From contig NC_043017.1 of the NCBI RefSeq assembly GCF_006345805.1, forward strand, positions 5,580,001 to 5,644,000: a stretch of DNA of 64,000 bases, in the 5' to 3' direction. Position 1 is the stretch's first letter, and each line of letters opens with the position of its first letter. The position numbers and the translations under genes were made by a program. The notes under the pieces were generated by a model, which saw only the letters and a list, made by a program, of their open reading frames with translations, did not search any database and was not told the DNA's origin. This document shows positions 12,024 through 25,480 of the stretch, piece after piece. The stretch comes from Octopus sinensis (lineage: Eukaryota).

Positions 12024-12158
12024 CTTTTTTCTTCTGTAAGGCTTTGTGCTGTTATATATTCATAATTCTTTGTTGTATTTACATAAAATCTTGTTTGTTT
12101 CTGTCTTAGTACACATTCTAGCTTTTTCCTAGTAGCTTAGTAACAGCACTGGCACCTC
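11729..12158. repeat. 41-bp inverted repeat pair (11729-11769 and 12118-12158)
   Basis: 36/41 identity, and all differences are transitions. Confidence 0.8.
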
Positions 12159-12288
12159 GTCTAACTTTAACTTTTCCCCTTGTTGTATTCTTTCTGTTCA
12201 ATTCTTGATGTGTGTGTGTGAGAGAGAGAGGTGGGGGGGGGGAATTTGTTTTGCAAGATTCCTGATGTGAAATTGTGCATTGAAACAG

Positions 12289-12521
12289 ATATTGTTATAT
12301 TTCAGGATGGTCATTTTTCTTCTTGCCAAATAAACACACACATTATATGTTCATTCTTCACTCATTTATTATTATTTATCTTATGCCCATTGTATGGAAA
12401 TCTTTCATTACACACCTGTGTATGATGAAAGATTTCCAGACAATGGATATAAGATAAATAAAAAATATATATATGTTTATTTGGCAAGAAAAAAAATGCC
12501 CATCCTGAAATATAACGATAT
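12289..12521. repeat. Imperfect fold-back (palindromic) repeat element
   Basis: ATATTGTTATATTTCAGGATGG...CCATCCTGAAATATAACGATAT, with inner arms meeting near 12413-12416. A related element lies at 57985-58121. Confidence 0.75.
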
Positions 12522-14212
12522 ATATGTATATATGCATTCAGCACTTAGTATTAGATTTTGCCTTTCACCCTTTAGACGTCAAAATAAGTACCAGTTAAGC
12601 ACTGAGGTCGATGTAATTAACTTACCCATCCCCCCCAAATTGCTGGCCATTTACCAAAATTTGAAACCAATATTATTTTTATATGCATATATATAGCTCA
12701 CAAATAATAACTGTGGGTGTGTGTGTGAGAGAGAGAGAGAGAGAGTGTGAGTGTGTGTGTTTGTATGTCTGTGCATGTATGTATATTTTACACATAGATG
12801 GATACATACAAATGTAGCTGTTTAACTGACTACTGTGATATAAACATATAAAAATAAATGTAGTGTTGATTATTTAATATTAGTGTGTGTCCATACTTGA
12901 TTATTATCATTTCATCTAATTTTCTATGGAAGTATTTATATACAGTTTATTTAAACACATATATATACAGACAAACTGCATCACACTATACTTTTAATAG
13001 CAACTTCTATATATATTAATGTGCCTATATATGTTAGTGTGTGTATGTGTGATAGTTATGTGCATATGTATGTTAGCGTATGTATGCGTGTGTTTATTCT
13101 CCATTTTGATTGAAATTTTTTCCCCAAATTAAAGTAATTACTCAAAGCAAATAAAAATAAATAGTCAGAGCAGTAATATATAAATGCCACCACCTATTAA
13201 CCAACATTTCAGTTTAACACACTATTACAACAACAACACATGATGTGATATCTGTTTGTCTCTTTACTGTTGCTCCCACCACTCCATAGATTAGACAATG
13301 AGAGTTACAACCTCATTTTGTGCAATGAGTTGTTAATAAAAATAGGCAAACATCATTACTGTTAGTAATATGGGAGGTGGACAAACAGAATTAGTAATGC
13401 TGTGGTATTTAAGCACATTGCCTTATATTCAAAGTTCAAATCCTTTTGAGATCACTTTACCTTTCATCCTTTCAGGTCAATAAAATAGGTACTAATTAAG
13501 TACTGATGCTGATCTAATCAACTATACCCTGCCCCCAAAATTTGAGGGTTTGTGCCTATGTTATAAATTGATAATTATTGTTATTACTAATTAATTTTGA
13601 AATGAAAGGTAGAAATAGTGTTGGACTGAATATATTAGTGTTTTGTGTTATTCTGGCTACAAATCCCATTGTAGTCAACATTGCTTTTCATTCCTTTGAA
13701 GTCAATAAAATAAATTTGACATCTACATCCTCAACCATTGATCCAAACTACTATAACATCACACTCACACATGACCGGTCTTAGGCCAATGTACAAAAAA
13801 AGCAAAAAATTACATTATTATCTAAGTTATATATTTTATCCATCCCAATTCTATTAATGCAATACCATAAATGAAATTGCCTTCACCAGCCTAGTGTACA
13901 TACTCTCACAGACAGTCTTTTCTCTGACAAAAAGCAGGTTATTTTATTTATTTTTTATTATTCTTTTAGACTTATCCCTTTGGGCTTCAGGAGTCTAGAC
14001 ACAGATCCTAGAAATTGGAAAGGAAGAGTTGCTGCTGAATTATGACTCACATAATTCAGATTAAGAGTGGGAGGAGGAAGAAGGAAAGTAATCCTTGCTA
14101 TCCTAACTCCCCACCTACAAAAAAAAAAAGCTAAAACCAAAATGTTCACTAGTCCTCTTTCCAAAATCTCATCATCATCATCATCATCATATTATTATTA
14201 TTATTATTATTA

Positions 14213-14380
14213 AGAAGGAAGTGAGCTGGCAGAATTGTTACTTCACTGGCAAAAATGCTTAGCAGCATTTCATCCAGCTTTATGTTCTGCATTCAAATTT
14301 TGCCAATGTCGATTTTTGCCTTTCATCCATCAGCAGTCAATAAAATAAAATACCAGTCTTGTACTGGGGTCAGTTTCATA
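14213..14380 (+). mobile_element. SINE family A, CpG-decayed
   Basis: GAGCTGGCAGAATTGTTA...AAATGCTTAGCAGC...CCTTTCATCC. Confidence 0.75.
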
Positions 14381-16115
14381 AACTAATACCACTCTCTTAG
14401 ATTTCTGGCTCTATGCTTGCGTAAGAAATTGTGAAGAGCTAGCAGAATTGTTAGGCCATCAGAAAAACCACTTCTGGCACACTATTGGCCAAAACTCTAG
14501 AGATGGTAAGAAGGGAAAACCCTTTATGCTCATAACAACATGAGAAACAGATGAATAAGCACTTCAACCCTTAACAGTGCCACTCAATAGCAGCATACCT
14601 TCATAATGCAATGAGGAAGAAATAATAACTGCAGATGAAAACCTCTAAACTGTCAGAAGAAAACACGGAGGTGGGGAGAAGAAAGGCAAAAAGTAAGAAA
14701 AACAGGTAAGACTGAATGATTTCATCAAAACACCATGGAAAGCCTACCTCAAGAAAATAATAAGGAAAGTGGAAAGGTAAACAACTAAGATTCATCATCC
14801 TCTGAAAATGAAAAAATCAATGGACAAAATTATGCATTTGTGGTTCTACAGCTATTTCAAAGACGTTACAGTGAAACAAGAATGAGATAAGCAACATGCA
14901 AAATATAGATTACTAAAAATAGAACTAAGACATTACAACAAACTCAAAAGAGAATATCCTAAAAATGTTGGAGTTTTTTTGAAACACCAAATGCCTAAAT
15001 AAATGCTTACTGGTGTATATGGTTGCACTCATACATACTTCCAGAAATTGTCAATGGGAAGGGTTGTGAAGCACTCAAACCCAACCTAATCAGTAATCTT
15101 TCATGTTTTGTTTTATTTTCATTATATCTTGTTTTAATTCTTGTTTTCATTTGTTTCTATGAAAAATATCCACACTTTTAAAATCTTAAAATGTCTATTA
15201 TTATATTGTACAACATCTCTCTCCTGCTTCCTTTCATATTGTAGTCTTTTCTTTGTAACCCCTAGTGAAAGTTTGATTTTTGTCTCTCTTTGAACTTTTG
15301 TAGTTAATGCAGTCAAAAATGTATAAGATTTAGATGAATTTTTGTTAGTAAGATTTTTTTTTCTTGTAGACCTCATCTTCTAAGATGAAAATATTGTTTA
15401 ATTATTTCTATTACTATCTTAACGATTGTTTTCATATTTTACACTCAGATATCTTGATATCTTAATGTGTATACATTGTACCAGGATCTGTAGCATCTAG
15501 AACCAGTAGATAAGAATATTGTTACCCATGGTTTAAAAAAAAAAAAGCTCCTAATTCAAATCAAAATATAGTATATGTGAAATTTTTTCTTTTAATTGTA
15601 ATCATTTCTAAAGAGGAGGTGAATCAATGATCTGAAAACTTCTCTCGTTAACAGAGTTCAACAACCTAATTGCTTTAGCTGCTGTTGCATTCATTAGTCT
15701 GATTTATTATATTTAATTAAGAGGAAATCAACAACCTCAGCAAATGGAGGGTAATATTATTAGTCAGCTGATCTTTAAAACACTGTAATAGACATGTCTC
15801 CAAGAAAACATCTATGCCAATGGTCTCAACCAGGGTCCATTTGGCCCTTGGCGGTCATTATCAGATTTTGTTAACATTTATTTGCAATAAGCTGGTTTAA
15901 ACTTTTACAATACACAAAGTATTTAGACATTGAATGATTACTGAAGGTACCCCTCCCCCACACACACACCTGAGTAAAACATGAATTAAACAGGTCCATA
16001 CACAAAATATAACTGAGAACAACTGATCTGTGCAGTCTCTTGATTTTTAAAAATAGTAGCAATATCTCCTCCAAATCACATCTTACCATCTTTAGGTCTG
16101 TTCAATGAAGGCTAC

Positions 16116-16497
16116 TCTCTCTATATATAAAGCTGAAGTTGTCTGTGTATGGCAGGTTTGGTAGCCTTCAACTAACACTATCTCCTCCAAGACCCTGCGG
16201 CGCAAGTTGACCGAAACTGAGAGTATGATAGAAGGTTTGCTCTTCCTTCCATAAAAGAAAAAATTCAAATCGGACCATGTTAACACCAAAAATTATTTAC
16301 ATCAAAAAGGTGCTTTTTTTTTTTTCTATGAAAATTCCTATTTTTTACGATTTTTTTACTGCTGTGTTGCCATTTTTCGGTGTATTTCAACCAGAAAAAT
16401 GTTCACTTAAGCTACATAATGCAAAATTTTTACGTTTCAAAAATTCCAATTCTAAAGGGTCAAAACAAACCCGAGCAACGCCGGGCGATACTGCTAG
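16116..16497 (+). mobile_element. Non-autonomous Helitron
   Basis: 5' end TCTCTCTATATATAAAG. The 3' end has a GC hairpin CCCGAGCAACGCCGGG (16470-16485), then CTAG (16494-16497) followed by T. Confidence 0.75.
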
Positions 16498-16546
16498 TTT
16501 GAAGTAAACGGAAAAACAATTACAGTACCAAAAGATAGAAAGATTT

Positions 16547-16598
<52 letters not shown>

Positions 16599-19171
16599 TC
16601 GTTTGCATTCTAAACAGATCTATAGGAAAGTGTTTAGTGACACATATGTGTATAATGAAAGAATGGAGATATTATTTAATTCTCGCAAATAACCACAGGA
16701 AAGAAGTGGAGGAGGTATTCCCTTATACATCTATCGGTGAAGGAATGAAGTATTATATGCTTCTGTAGATGAGATAAAGCCAAAGGCTTGACCATCATCA
16801 ATGGATCATCTCTTTTGGTGACAGGGCGCCAATACAGACCTGTCAAGGTACCCAATCAAGGGAATAAAGATTTATGATGTTCAGATCTTTCCGAAGTGAA
16901 AAGAAATTGGCCAATATGCCAGTTTTGTACGGTGGGATTCATTAGCCACCGAAACTTTTGTAGAAGATCTGCAATTAGTGCTGAATCTGACCAATATGCA
17001 TTCTGAACTTCATAAAAGAAAAACTACTAATTGCTCAAGTCTGCAAGGATACGGAATAATAATAATGATGCCAAATTTTGCAAGCTGAGGTTTGTGTGGC
17101 TCTCCCACGGAGAAGTTTCAATCACATGCTGGAAATGAATCATGAGAGTTTTTGAAACAAGTCACGAGTTTCTGGAACAAAAGTGGAACCCATCATACCA
17201 CACCTAATGGTATGAAAATTATTACTATGCAAAGCTGGCCTATCAGCCAGTTTCTTTTCCTGTTTGAATAATATGCGCGACGTCAGTATGTAAACCGCGA
17301 TGACAATATCCGCACAACTACTCACAAACTAAATTTTATTTAACGAAAAGGTTTCAGCTCCGGGTCAAAAAACAAATAGCATACAAATACATAAACGCAT
17401 AAATATATGCACCCACACATTCATATCGGTCCCTATTAAGTTTCGCTGTGAAATTGGACCCACGAGGGTCTTTCCGACAGGTTTGTATGAGGATCGAACA
17501 CACCAAGTTTTATTTATTATCTGTTCGCCGGGATTCACTCGCCGCTTTGCACCAAGCTGCCAGAAATAGTATAGTCCAAATCAGAAGGGTCTATAAGAAG
17601 GCTATGAGTAACTGCTTTCTTCCTTGGATAAACACAAGTTAACGCACACACAAACCATGTGGATGTTGTGAAAAGACCATACACAGAGGAGAAGCCGGTA
17701 AAAAATAATAAACACTTAACGTGCACATGGGTACAATAAATAAAAAAGAATTCAAATATTTATAGAAATTAAACGTAGAGAAGTACCTGAGTATATAAGA
17801 AAAGCCATTATTTAATAGACATCTATCACATTACCGCTATTATCGTAACAGTTTGTTTTTTTTCATATATGTAATGCGGATTTATAAATATATCCACTAA
17901 AAGCATGGCGAAAAAGTGATTCGATAATCAAAAAAATTTTTATATTTCGTATTTTTTAAGTGACTTCTAGCAGAAGAATATAATTTATTTGGTAAAGGAA
18001 AAAAAGAAATAGTAAGAATTTTTTCTTTTTTAATTATTTGAATAAAGAAAAAAAATACAAATCCGATGAAATAACAAAAGAAATAGTCGGAGAGCAGACA
18101 ATGAGTAAGATGGAATAAGGGTGTAAAAGTGAACGGCGGGAAAGAGAAATGAACGAGAGTGAAAGATCTAGTAGTATGTAAACACAGAGAGAAAGAGAGG
18201 GATAAGCAGACTGAATCAACGTGGGGGGAGGGGAGCCGAGAAGGAGGGACAAAGAATTAAACAAGCGAGTGAAGGAAAGTAAGAGTTGTTAGAGGCAGCA
18301 AGCAATGTATGTATATAGATGCAAGAAATGTATATACGTGTGTGTGTGTGAATATAAGATTATGTGTATGTAAAACTATGAAACTGGGTCAGTGTGTCTG
18401 GCGCATGCATAATGTACTTGTGGGTTGAAGTCGTGTGTAATTTGTTGCACAAATACTGTCTTCCAATCAATACAGAGCTCAGAAGGCCAATAGGAAAACA
18501 GGCTATTTGATTTTAAACTATTAATTTGTTCTCTCTCTCCTTCCCTCTCTCTCTCTCTGTCTATCTTACTCCGTAAACCGATCCTTATTTCATTCTTCTC
18601 ACTCTTTATTAGGTTATGATGCCCCACCCATGTTCCCCACCCACTTCCCACACCTCTTCCTATAAAAACATTCAAATTTGACTCACATTCAAGCATATAA
18701 ATAATAATTTTACTCTAAAATATAAACCTGTATATCTGAATTTTTCTGGAGTCTTATTGTTTTTAACTATTTTATCTATTTATTATTATGATTAACATTT
18801 TATCATTATCATTATTATTATTATGAGTGTGTGTGCGAGACAATCTTCTATAGAAAATATATAGCAAAGCCAATAGATTAAGACACAACGTATGTATAAA
18901 CTGGGTTCACAGTCAGAAATTCGGTATGTGTATATGTGTTGGGGAAGAGGGTAACAGTCGATTACTTCGGAACCAGTTCTGGTACTTTATTTTATCGATC
19001 CTGAAAGAATGAAAGGTAAAGTTGACCGCCGCGAGATAGGAACACACAATGTAAGGAACCAGAACAAATTTCGCATATTTTCCCCGACGTTGTCATTCTG
19101 CCACTCCACCGAGTGCGTGAGCTTACATACATTTACCTATATATACACACACACAAACGCGAGGCCCAACA

Positions 19172-19200
<29 letters not shown>
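16200..19200 (-). promoter_or_regulatory. CpG-retaining, largely repeat-poor island: candidate proximal promoter / 5' UTR region of the NR1D gene
   Basis: By hand count there are about 25 CpG in 17281-17880, versus 2-3 per 600 nt in sampled flanking intron. A long pyrimidine-rich stretch runs along the minus strand. Confidence 0.4.
18381..18391 (+). promoter_or_regulatory. Candidate RORE/RevRE
   Basis: AAACTGGGTCA matches WAWNTRGGTCA. It sits in a CpG-retaining island with CCAAT at about 18463 and 18487. Confidence 0.3.
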
Positions 19201-19226
<26 letters not shown>

Positions 19227-20589
19227 CACATACGTATATATGCATATATAATATACATATCTATAAATATACATATATGAAAATATATATCAATATACAT
19301 TTATAGATATATATCAATACATACATACATAAACACATACATACATGCATTAACATATATATGTATTCATGTATGTATGTATTTTTACATAGATATGCAT
19401 GTATTCATATATGAAAATATACATATATCAACATAATCAAACATCATATGAGCACAAATGTATACATTTATATAAATACACACATAAAAATACACACACA
19501 TATATATACAAAATAGTATATCATATATATATATAATCAAATACACTTACACATAAACAAAGATGCCTATGTGTGTTTGTGTGATTATATATATGTATGT
19601 ATGTATAATTAAATACATACACACACATATATATTTCTATACATATGTATATGTGTGTGAGCATGTTTGTATATGTATGTATATGAAATAAAATGCCTCT
19701 TCTGTGGTTTTTTACTTTTACCGGCCTCTATTTTAGACTTTTTCTGTTTATACATCAACATATAAAAACTTTTTCTTTTTTTCCGTTTTGTGAACATAAA
19801 AACATTGCAAATTAGAGGTGCCAGCAGCTCAGCTATATTTCTTTCCACATTTTAATATAACCTGTCCTGTGTTTATTGAATTCTGCCAAATGATTTATTT
19901 GAACTATCTTTGTCTATCACTTTTGACGACCACAACTCGATAAAGGTATAATTACCAGTGAGAATTCTATTTAAAAGCACTGGACTTGCAGTATTTACTT
20001 ACAGAGTACTACTACGTCTGTTCAACCCAGTCATACTCAACAATGTATCATTTTTTTCAGGTTCAATGAAATAAACTATCAGTCAATGACTGGGGGGTTC
20101 ATGTAATCAACTACCCACATCTGTGAAAATTGATGGCTTTTAGCCTAAATTTTTAAATATATATACTGTAGTTGTTATTTTCTGACGGCTAAGTCAATTA
20201 TATCAACCTCACGGGTTGCCTAGCACTTTATTTTACCAACCCCAGGAGGATGAAAGGCAGAAGGTAAAAATACTTGCTACAAGGCATCTTGTCTTATGCT
20301 CTAACAAATATGCCAATAATAATTTAGAGAGATGGGGCTAGTTGGTTCTATCAGCCCCAGGACTTGACAGGTACTAATTTTATTGACCCTACTTCAAATT
20401 TTGGCACAAGCTCAGCAATTTTAAGAGTGGTGTTCTTAAACCTGTATGTGTACTTGCAATGTGGGATTCATTGCGTTTATTACATGTGATTTTACAAAGC
20501 ACATAGGACCACAGAGGTATATTTTCATTATTGGTTGGGCAGTTAAGCAATGTGCATATGGTGTTGTTTTATGTTGATCCATTTTTAGT

Positions 20590-20860
20590 TAGGAACCTCC
20601 TCAGGGAAGATCTGGAGTGAACCAGCCTTATACATAAATCCCTTCCCACAAATCACCCAGCAGGTTACATGTAGCAGTTTCAAGACCCACATTATCCATG
20701 GATAAGTGGGTCTTGTAAGGTGGTCTGGTGATGTCTTGGCATGTAGTAAAATAGTACTGATAGCCATTCACCTTGGAAATGTGCGGTGCACATTTTCTTG
20801 TCATCTACTTCATTGCATTTACTGCACATCCTGTGGATCTCATAGACAGGGATGAATTAT
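20590..20860 (+). mobile_element. Possible Penelope GIY-YIG remnant
   Basis: [20 protein letters not shown] has the CIxCxxCGxxYIGE spacing of Penelope endonucleases. Heavily decayed. Confidence 0.35.
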
Positions 20861-20899
20861 AATGCACAAACAGGCCCCTACATGCTGCTTTCTGTGTGC

Positions 20900-21560
20900 A
20901 TATGTATGTATATGTTATATATGCATATATAAATATATATATATATATGTATATATGAATATATATATAAATATATATGTATATATATAAATATATGCAT
21001 ATATATAAATATATATGTATATATATAAATATATGCATATATATAAATATATATGTATATATATATATGCATATACATAAATATATATGTATATATGCAT
21101 ATATATAAATATATGTATATATATGTATATATGCATATATATAAATATATGTATATATATGTATATATGCATATATAAATATATATGTATATATGCATAT
21201 ATATAAATATATATGTATATGTGTATGTATATATGCATATATATGTATATATATATACATATACACATATATGTATATATATATACATATATATATATAC
21301 ATATATATATACATATATATATATACATATATATATATACATATATATATATATACATATAAACATATATGTACATATATATGTATATGCATATATATAT
21401 ATACACACAAACACATTTATATATACACACATGTATATGCATATATATATATATACACACACATGTATATATACATATATGTACGCATATATTCATGTAT
21501 GTGATTATATATATGTGTGTCATATATCTATATACTGTATATGTGCATGTGCGTGTGTGT
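20900..21560. repeat. Complex (TA)n-derived micro/minisatellite
   Basis: Recurring TATATGCATATATATAAATATATATG-like units followed by TATATATACA-type units. Confidence 0.9.
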
Positions 21561-23018
21561 GTGTTTTATATTCAGATATAAAGATATGTTAAGAAGGTTG
21601 CCTTGCAACAACATGGCTGCAGGTTAACTTGAGAAAGTACTCTAGTATAGTCCCAGGCAGACCAAAGCCTGTCAGTAAACCTGGTTATGGGAAACTTCAC
21701 AGCAACTACTCATGTATGTGCGTGTTTGTACATGTGCTAGTGTTTGTGTTCCTCTATTCCTGACAACCAGTGTTGGTTTGTTTGTGTCCTTCATAGACAA
21801 GCAATTTGACACAACGAAGCTGGCAGAATAAGTATCTGACAGACACTTGACAATAAGTTGTGGGGGTCAATATGATCAATATGGTTGATCATATATTTGA
21901 AGGTGCCTCAACTTGGCTGCACTTACAGAAGAGAAAATACACACACACACACACACACACACACAGGTATGTACAATATGTAGAAAGAAAAGTAAAATTT
22001 CACATAGTATTTATTTCACTAAATAAATAGGAGTCTGTGAGGGAATGGTTAATAAATATCAGGGAATTGAGTGGATGACAGGGTGATGCTACAGCTAAAT
22101 GTTTGCAGAGGGGGGGGAAATGATACAGAGAGTGAGCAAAGTAGCAGCCAAGGTGGAGTACTGCGAATAAAAGAGAAGGGTGGAGAAAGACTGATAGTTT
22201 GGAGAACACCAAGATGAAGGGTGGGGTGGGGGTGAGGGGAAAGAATCGTGTTGGGGGTGGGGGTGGAAAAGAGAGAGAGAGAGGTTGTGTGTATGTGTGA
22301 TGTTGTTGCTGCTATTTCAGTAGTATCATGGCACATACATGGCATGGAGATGAATGGGGAGGAGGAGGCTGAAGCAGACATGAGTGAGGTGTGGCAGGGG
22401 ACATAGACAGACAGACAGACAGTGTGTGTGTGTGTGTGTGTGGTGTGCCAGCCAATAATGTGGGTTAATATATGACACCATAACCAGTCAATGACTCATA
22501 GTTATATGTACAATAACAACAACTGCTATTTCTTTACTATAACATTAAAACAACATCAACAGCACAAATACAAAAGAACAAAACCGGCGTTGAGGCGTCA
22601 ATGTATATAATATTTATTCAGCATTACATATATATTATGCATATATTTTATATATACTGAACAAACATTACATATATATATACACACTACAGAAAACTTT
22701 TATAAATATGTGTTTATATATGTGTTTATATAAAAAAAACATATTATCTAAATACAATTTTATACATATATCTTATACATTTTTCATTGATAGATATAAG
22801 GATATTTTATAAATATAACATGGAGAGACATATCACATCCACAGACTATCAATGCTATAAATGTATGTATAATATAAAGGCTATACACAAAATAAGTTTA
22901 TATCAAAAATATACATTGTATGTTATATATATATATATATGTACATATAAAATGTGTGCATGAACGTGTGTAAATTTATCGCTTGGCAGTAAAGAATGTG
23001 TAAACTGTGGGCACAAAT

Positions 23019-23071
<53 letters not shown>

Positions 23072-23265
23072 ATAATGCATAATCTACAAAATAGGTATGT
23101 AATAAAAATATAATATATATAATATAGCTGATATATTATATATACAATGTGTTTATATATATATATATATACAGACACACACACACACACACAAATATAG
23201 ACACTCAAACACATATACATATATAAATATATACATATACATATATGAATACATATATAGGGAGA

Positions 23266-24503
23266 CAGAGGTTAGACAAAATAATGGAGACACCATCATA
23301 ATTTTGAAATATCTATACAACCATCAAAAGCTTGTTTATTTTTATGTTTTTTTATTTATTATTAGTATTGCTTAATATCTTTGGCTAAAATTGCTATTTC
23401 TTTTCAGATATCATCAGAAAAATGTAATTAAAATTGATTAAAATGACAGATCTATCAGACTTTAAAAGAGGTCAAATTATTTATGTTCATATGGCAGGTG
23501 CTAACGTAACAAAAACAGTCGAAATGTTTGGTGTATTAAGAAGTACTGTCTCAAAAGTAATAACAGCCTTTGAGAAAGAGAGAAAAACTCCGGAAGAAAA
23601 CCAAAACTTTCAGATAGGGAGCATCAGACTCTTACACGAATTGTTAGAAAAGGTCAGAAAAGTAGACCTCTCAAAATTACTGCAGAGCTTAATGACCACC
23701 TCAAGAACCCAGTTTCCTCAAAAACTGTCAGCCAGGAGCTACACAAAGCCAGATTTCACGGGAGTGCTGCAATCAGAAAATCACTACTTTCAAAAACAAA
23801 CATTGCAAAGCATTTGGGGTGGAGTAAAAACCTACAGAATTGGTCCCTAGAGCAATGGAAGAATGTTATTTTCTCGGACAAGTCATCCTTTACTTATTTC
23901 TGACCACCGGCCGAGTATATGTGTGGAGACAGCCAAAAGAAGCATTTGACCCAGACTGCTTTCTTCCAACTGTTAAACACAGAGGAAGATTTGTGATGAT
24001 CTGGCGAGCTATATCTTGGAAATCCACTGGCCCAATGGTTTCCCTTCATGGCAGAATTTAATAGTGAAGACTATTTAAGCATTTTATCAAATTCATCCTA
24101 TGTTTGCGGAACTGTTTCCGGAGGGAAATGCAATCTTTCACGATGATAATGCACCAATTCACACAGCTAAAGTTGTTACTGAATGGCACGAGGAACATTC
24201 TAGTGAAGTTGAACATCTTATCTGGCCACCACAGTCCTGAGATCTCAATATTTTTGAATATTTATGGTGAATTTTAGAAAAACAATTAAGTAGTTGATAT
24301 CCTCCGCCATCATCACTACAAGAACTGGAGATTGTTTTAGCTGAAGAATGGACAAAAATTCCTTTGGAAACAATTCAAACTTTGCATGACTCCATACCTC
24401 ATAGAATTCAAGCTGTAATTACTAACCAAAGTCGGTCATACCCCATATTAAAATAAATTTGTTTGAAATCTTAAAGTGTTTCCATTATTTTGTCCAACCC
24501 CTG
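23266..24503 (+). mobile_element. Full-length decayed Tc1/mariner element (about 1.24 kb) with DD36E catalytic spacing
   Basis: 28-bp TIRs CAGAGGTTAGACAAAATAATGGAGACAC and (reverse complement) CAGGGGTTGGACAAAATAATGGAAACAC. TA follows the right end; the left flank reads GA. It sits in a TA-rich tract and contains a transposase pseudogene. Confidence 0.93.
23443..24456 (+). pseudogene. Tc1-type transposase pseudogene with frameshifts and stops
   Basis: The N-terminus MTDLSDFKRGQII...GVLRSTVSKV is HTH-like. WKNVIFSD has D at 23877. FHDDNAPIHTAK has D at 24145. WPPQS*DLNIFEYLW* has E at 24256. There are 36 codons between the second D and the E. Confidence 0.92.
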
Positions 24504-24512
24504 TATGTACAA

Positions 24513-24544
<32 letters not shown>

Positions 24545-24804
24545 ATACATGCGTACATGTATAGATTTATACGTATATAAGTTCATATATATATTTGTGT
24601 GAAGGTGCATGACTCAGTAGTTAGAGTGTCAAGCTTATGATCGTGAGGTTGTTGCCCGAATCCTGAACCGGGCGTGGAGAGAGGAGGCCGGTATGCATGG
24701 GCGACTGCTGGTCTTCCATAAACAACTTTGCCTGGACTTGTGCCTGGGAGGGTAACTTCCTAGGTGGAATCCCATGGTCAGTCATGACCGAAGGGGGTCT
24801 CAGC

Positions 24805-24845
<41 letters not shown>

Positions 24846-24851
24846 TATATA

Positions 24852-25054
24852 TCTATATATATAAAACTGAGAATGTATGTATGTCTGCTTGTGTGAATCC
24901 CTAAAACTTGGGAACTACACAACCAATTTCATTCAAATTTTATACATACCTTACTTAGGGTCCATGTAGTGTCATGGGCAAAAAAAATTTTTACCTTCTT
25001 CCCTAGGGTTAGCCCACAGTAATATCATATATTCTCCACTATTTCAGTATTACG

Positions 25055-25055
<1 letters not shown>
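24852..25055 (+). mobile_element. Helitron-like 5' fragment
   Basis: A|TCTATATATATAAAACTGAGAATGTATGTATGTC is a typical non-autonomous Helitron start. No 3' end was found. Confidence 0.5.
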
Positions 25056-25088
<33 letters not shown>

Positions 25089-25376
25089 ATATATATTATA
25101 TATATATATATATATACATATATACATTAACATATACATATATATATATATATATACACATTACATATGAATATATAGATACATAAACATATATATATAT
25201 ATATACATATACATACATATGTATATATACATATATATATATATACATACATACACACATATATACACACATATATCTATACATATTGACACACACACAT
25301 ATATATATGTAGGTATATATGTATATCTATATACATATAGATACATAAGCACAGATAAATAAACACCACACACACA

Positions 25377-25431
<55 letters not shown>

Positions 25432-25480
25432 ATATACACACACACACATATATATATATAACTATACATGTGTATACGTA
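25055..25480. repeat. Complex TA/CA microsatellite
   Basis: Direct inspection. Confidence 0.9.

Noticed and set aside
12623-12629. Strong G|GTAAGT donor on the minus strand
   Set aside because: Inside a family-A SINE, with no plausible upstream ORF.
20681-20714. 34-nt near-perfect palindrome
   Set aside because: Short and isolated within a TE remnant, with no further structure.
20805-21592. Long ORFs of 135-203 aa rich in Y/I/C/M in the ORF track
   Set aside because: These are translations of TA microsatellites, which lack stops in some frames. The same applies to ORFs at 25-27.8 kb, 53-55 kb and 58 kb.
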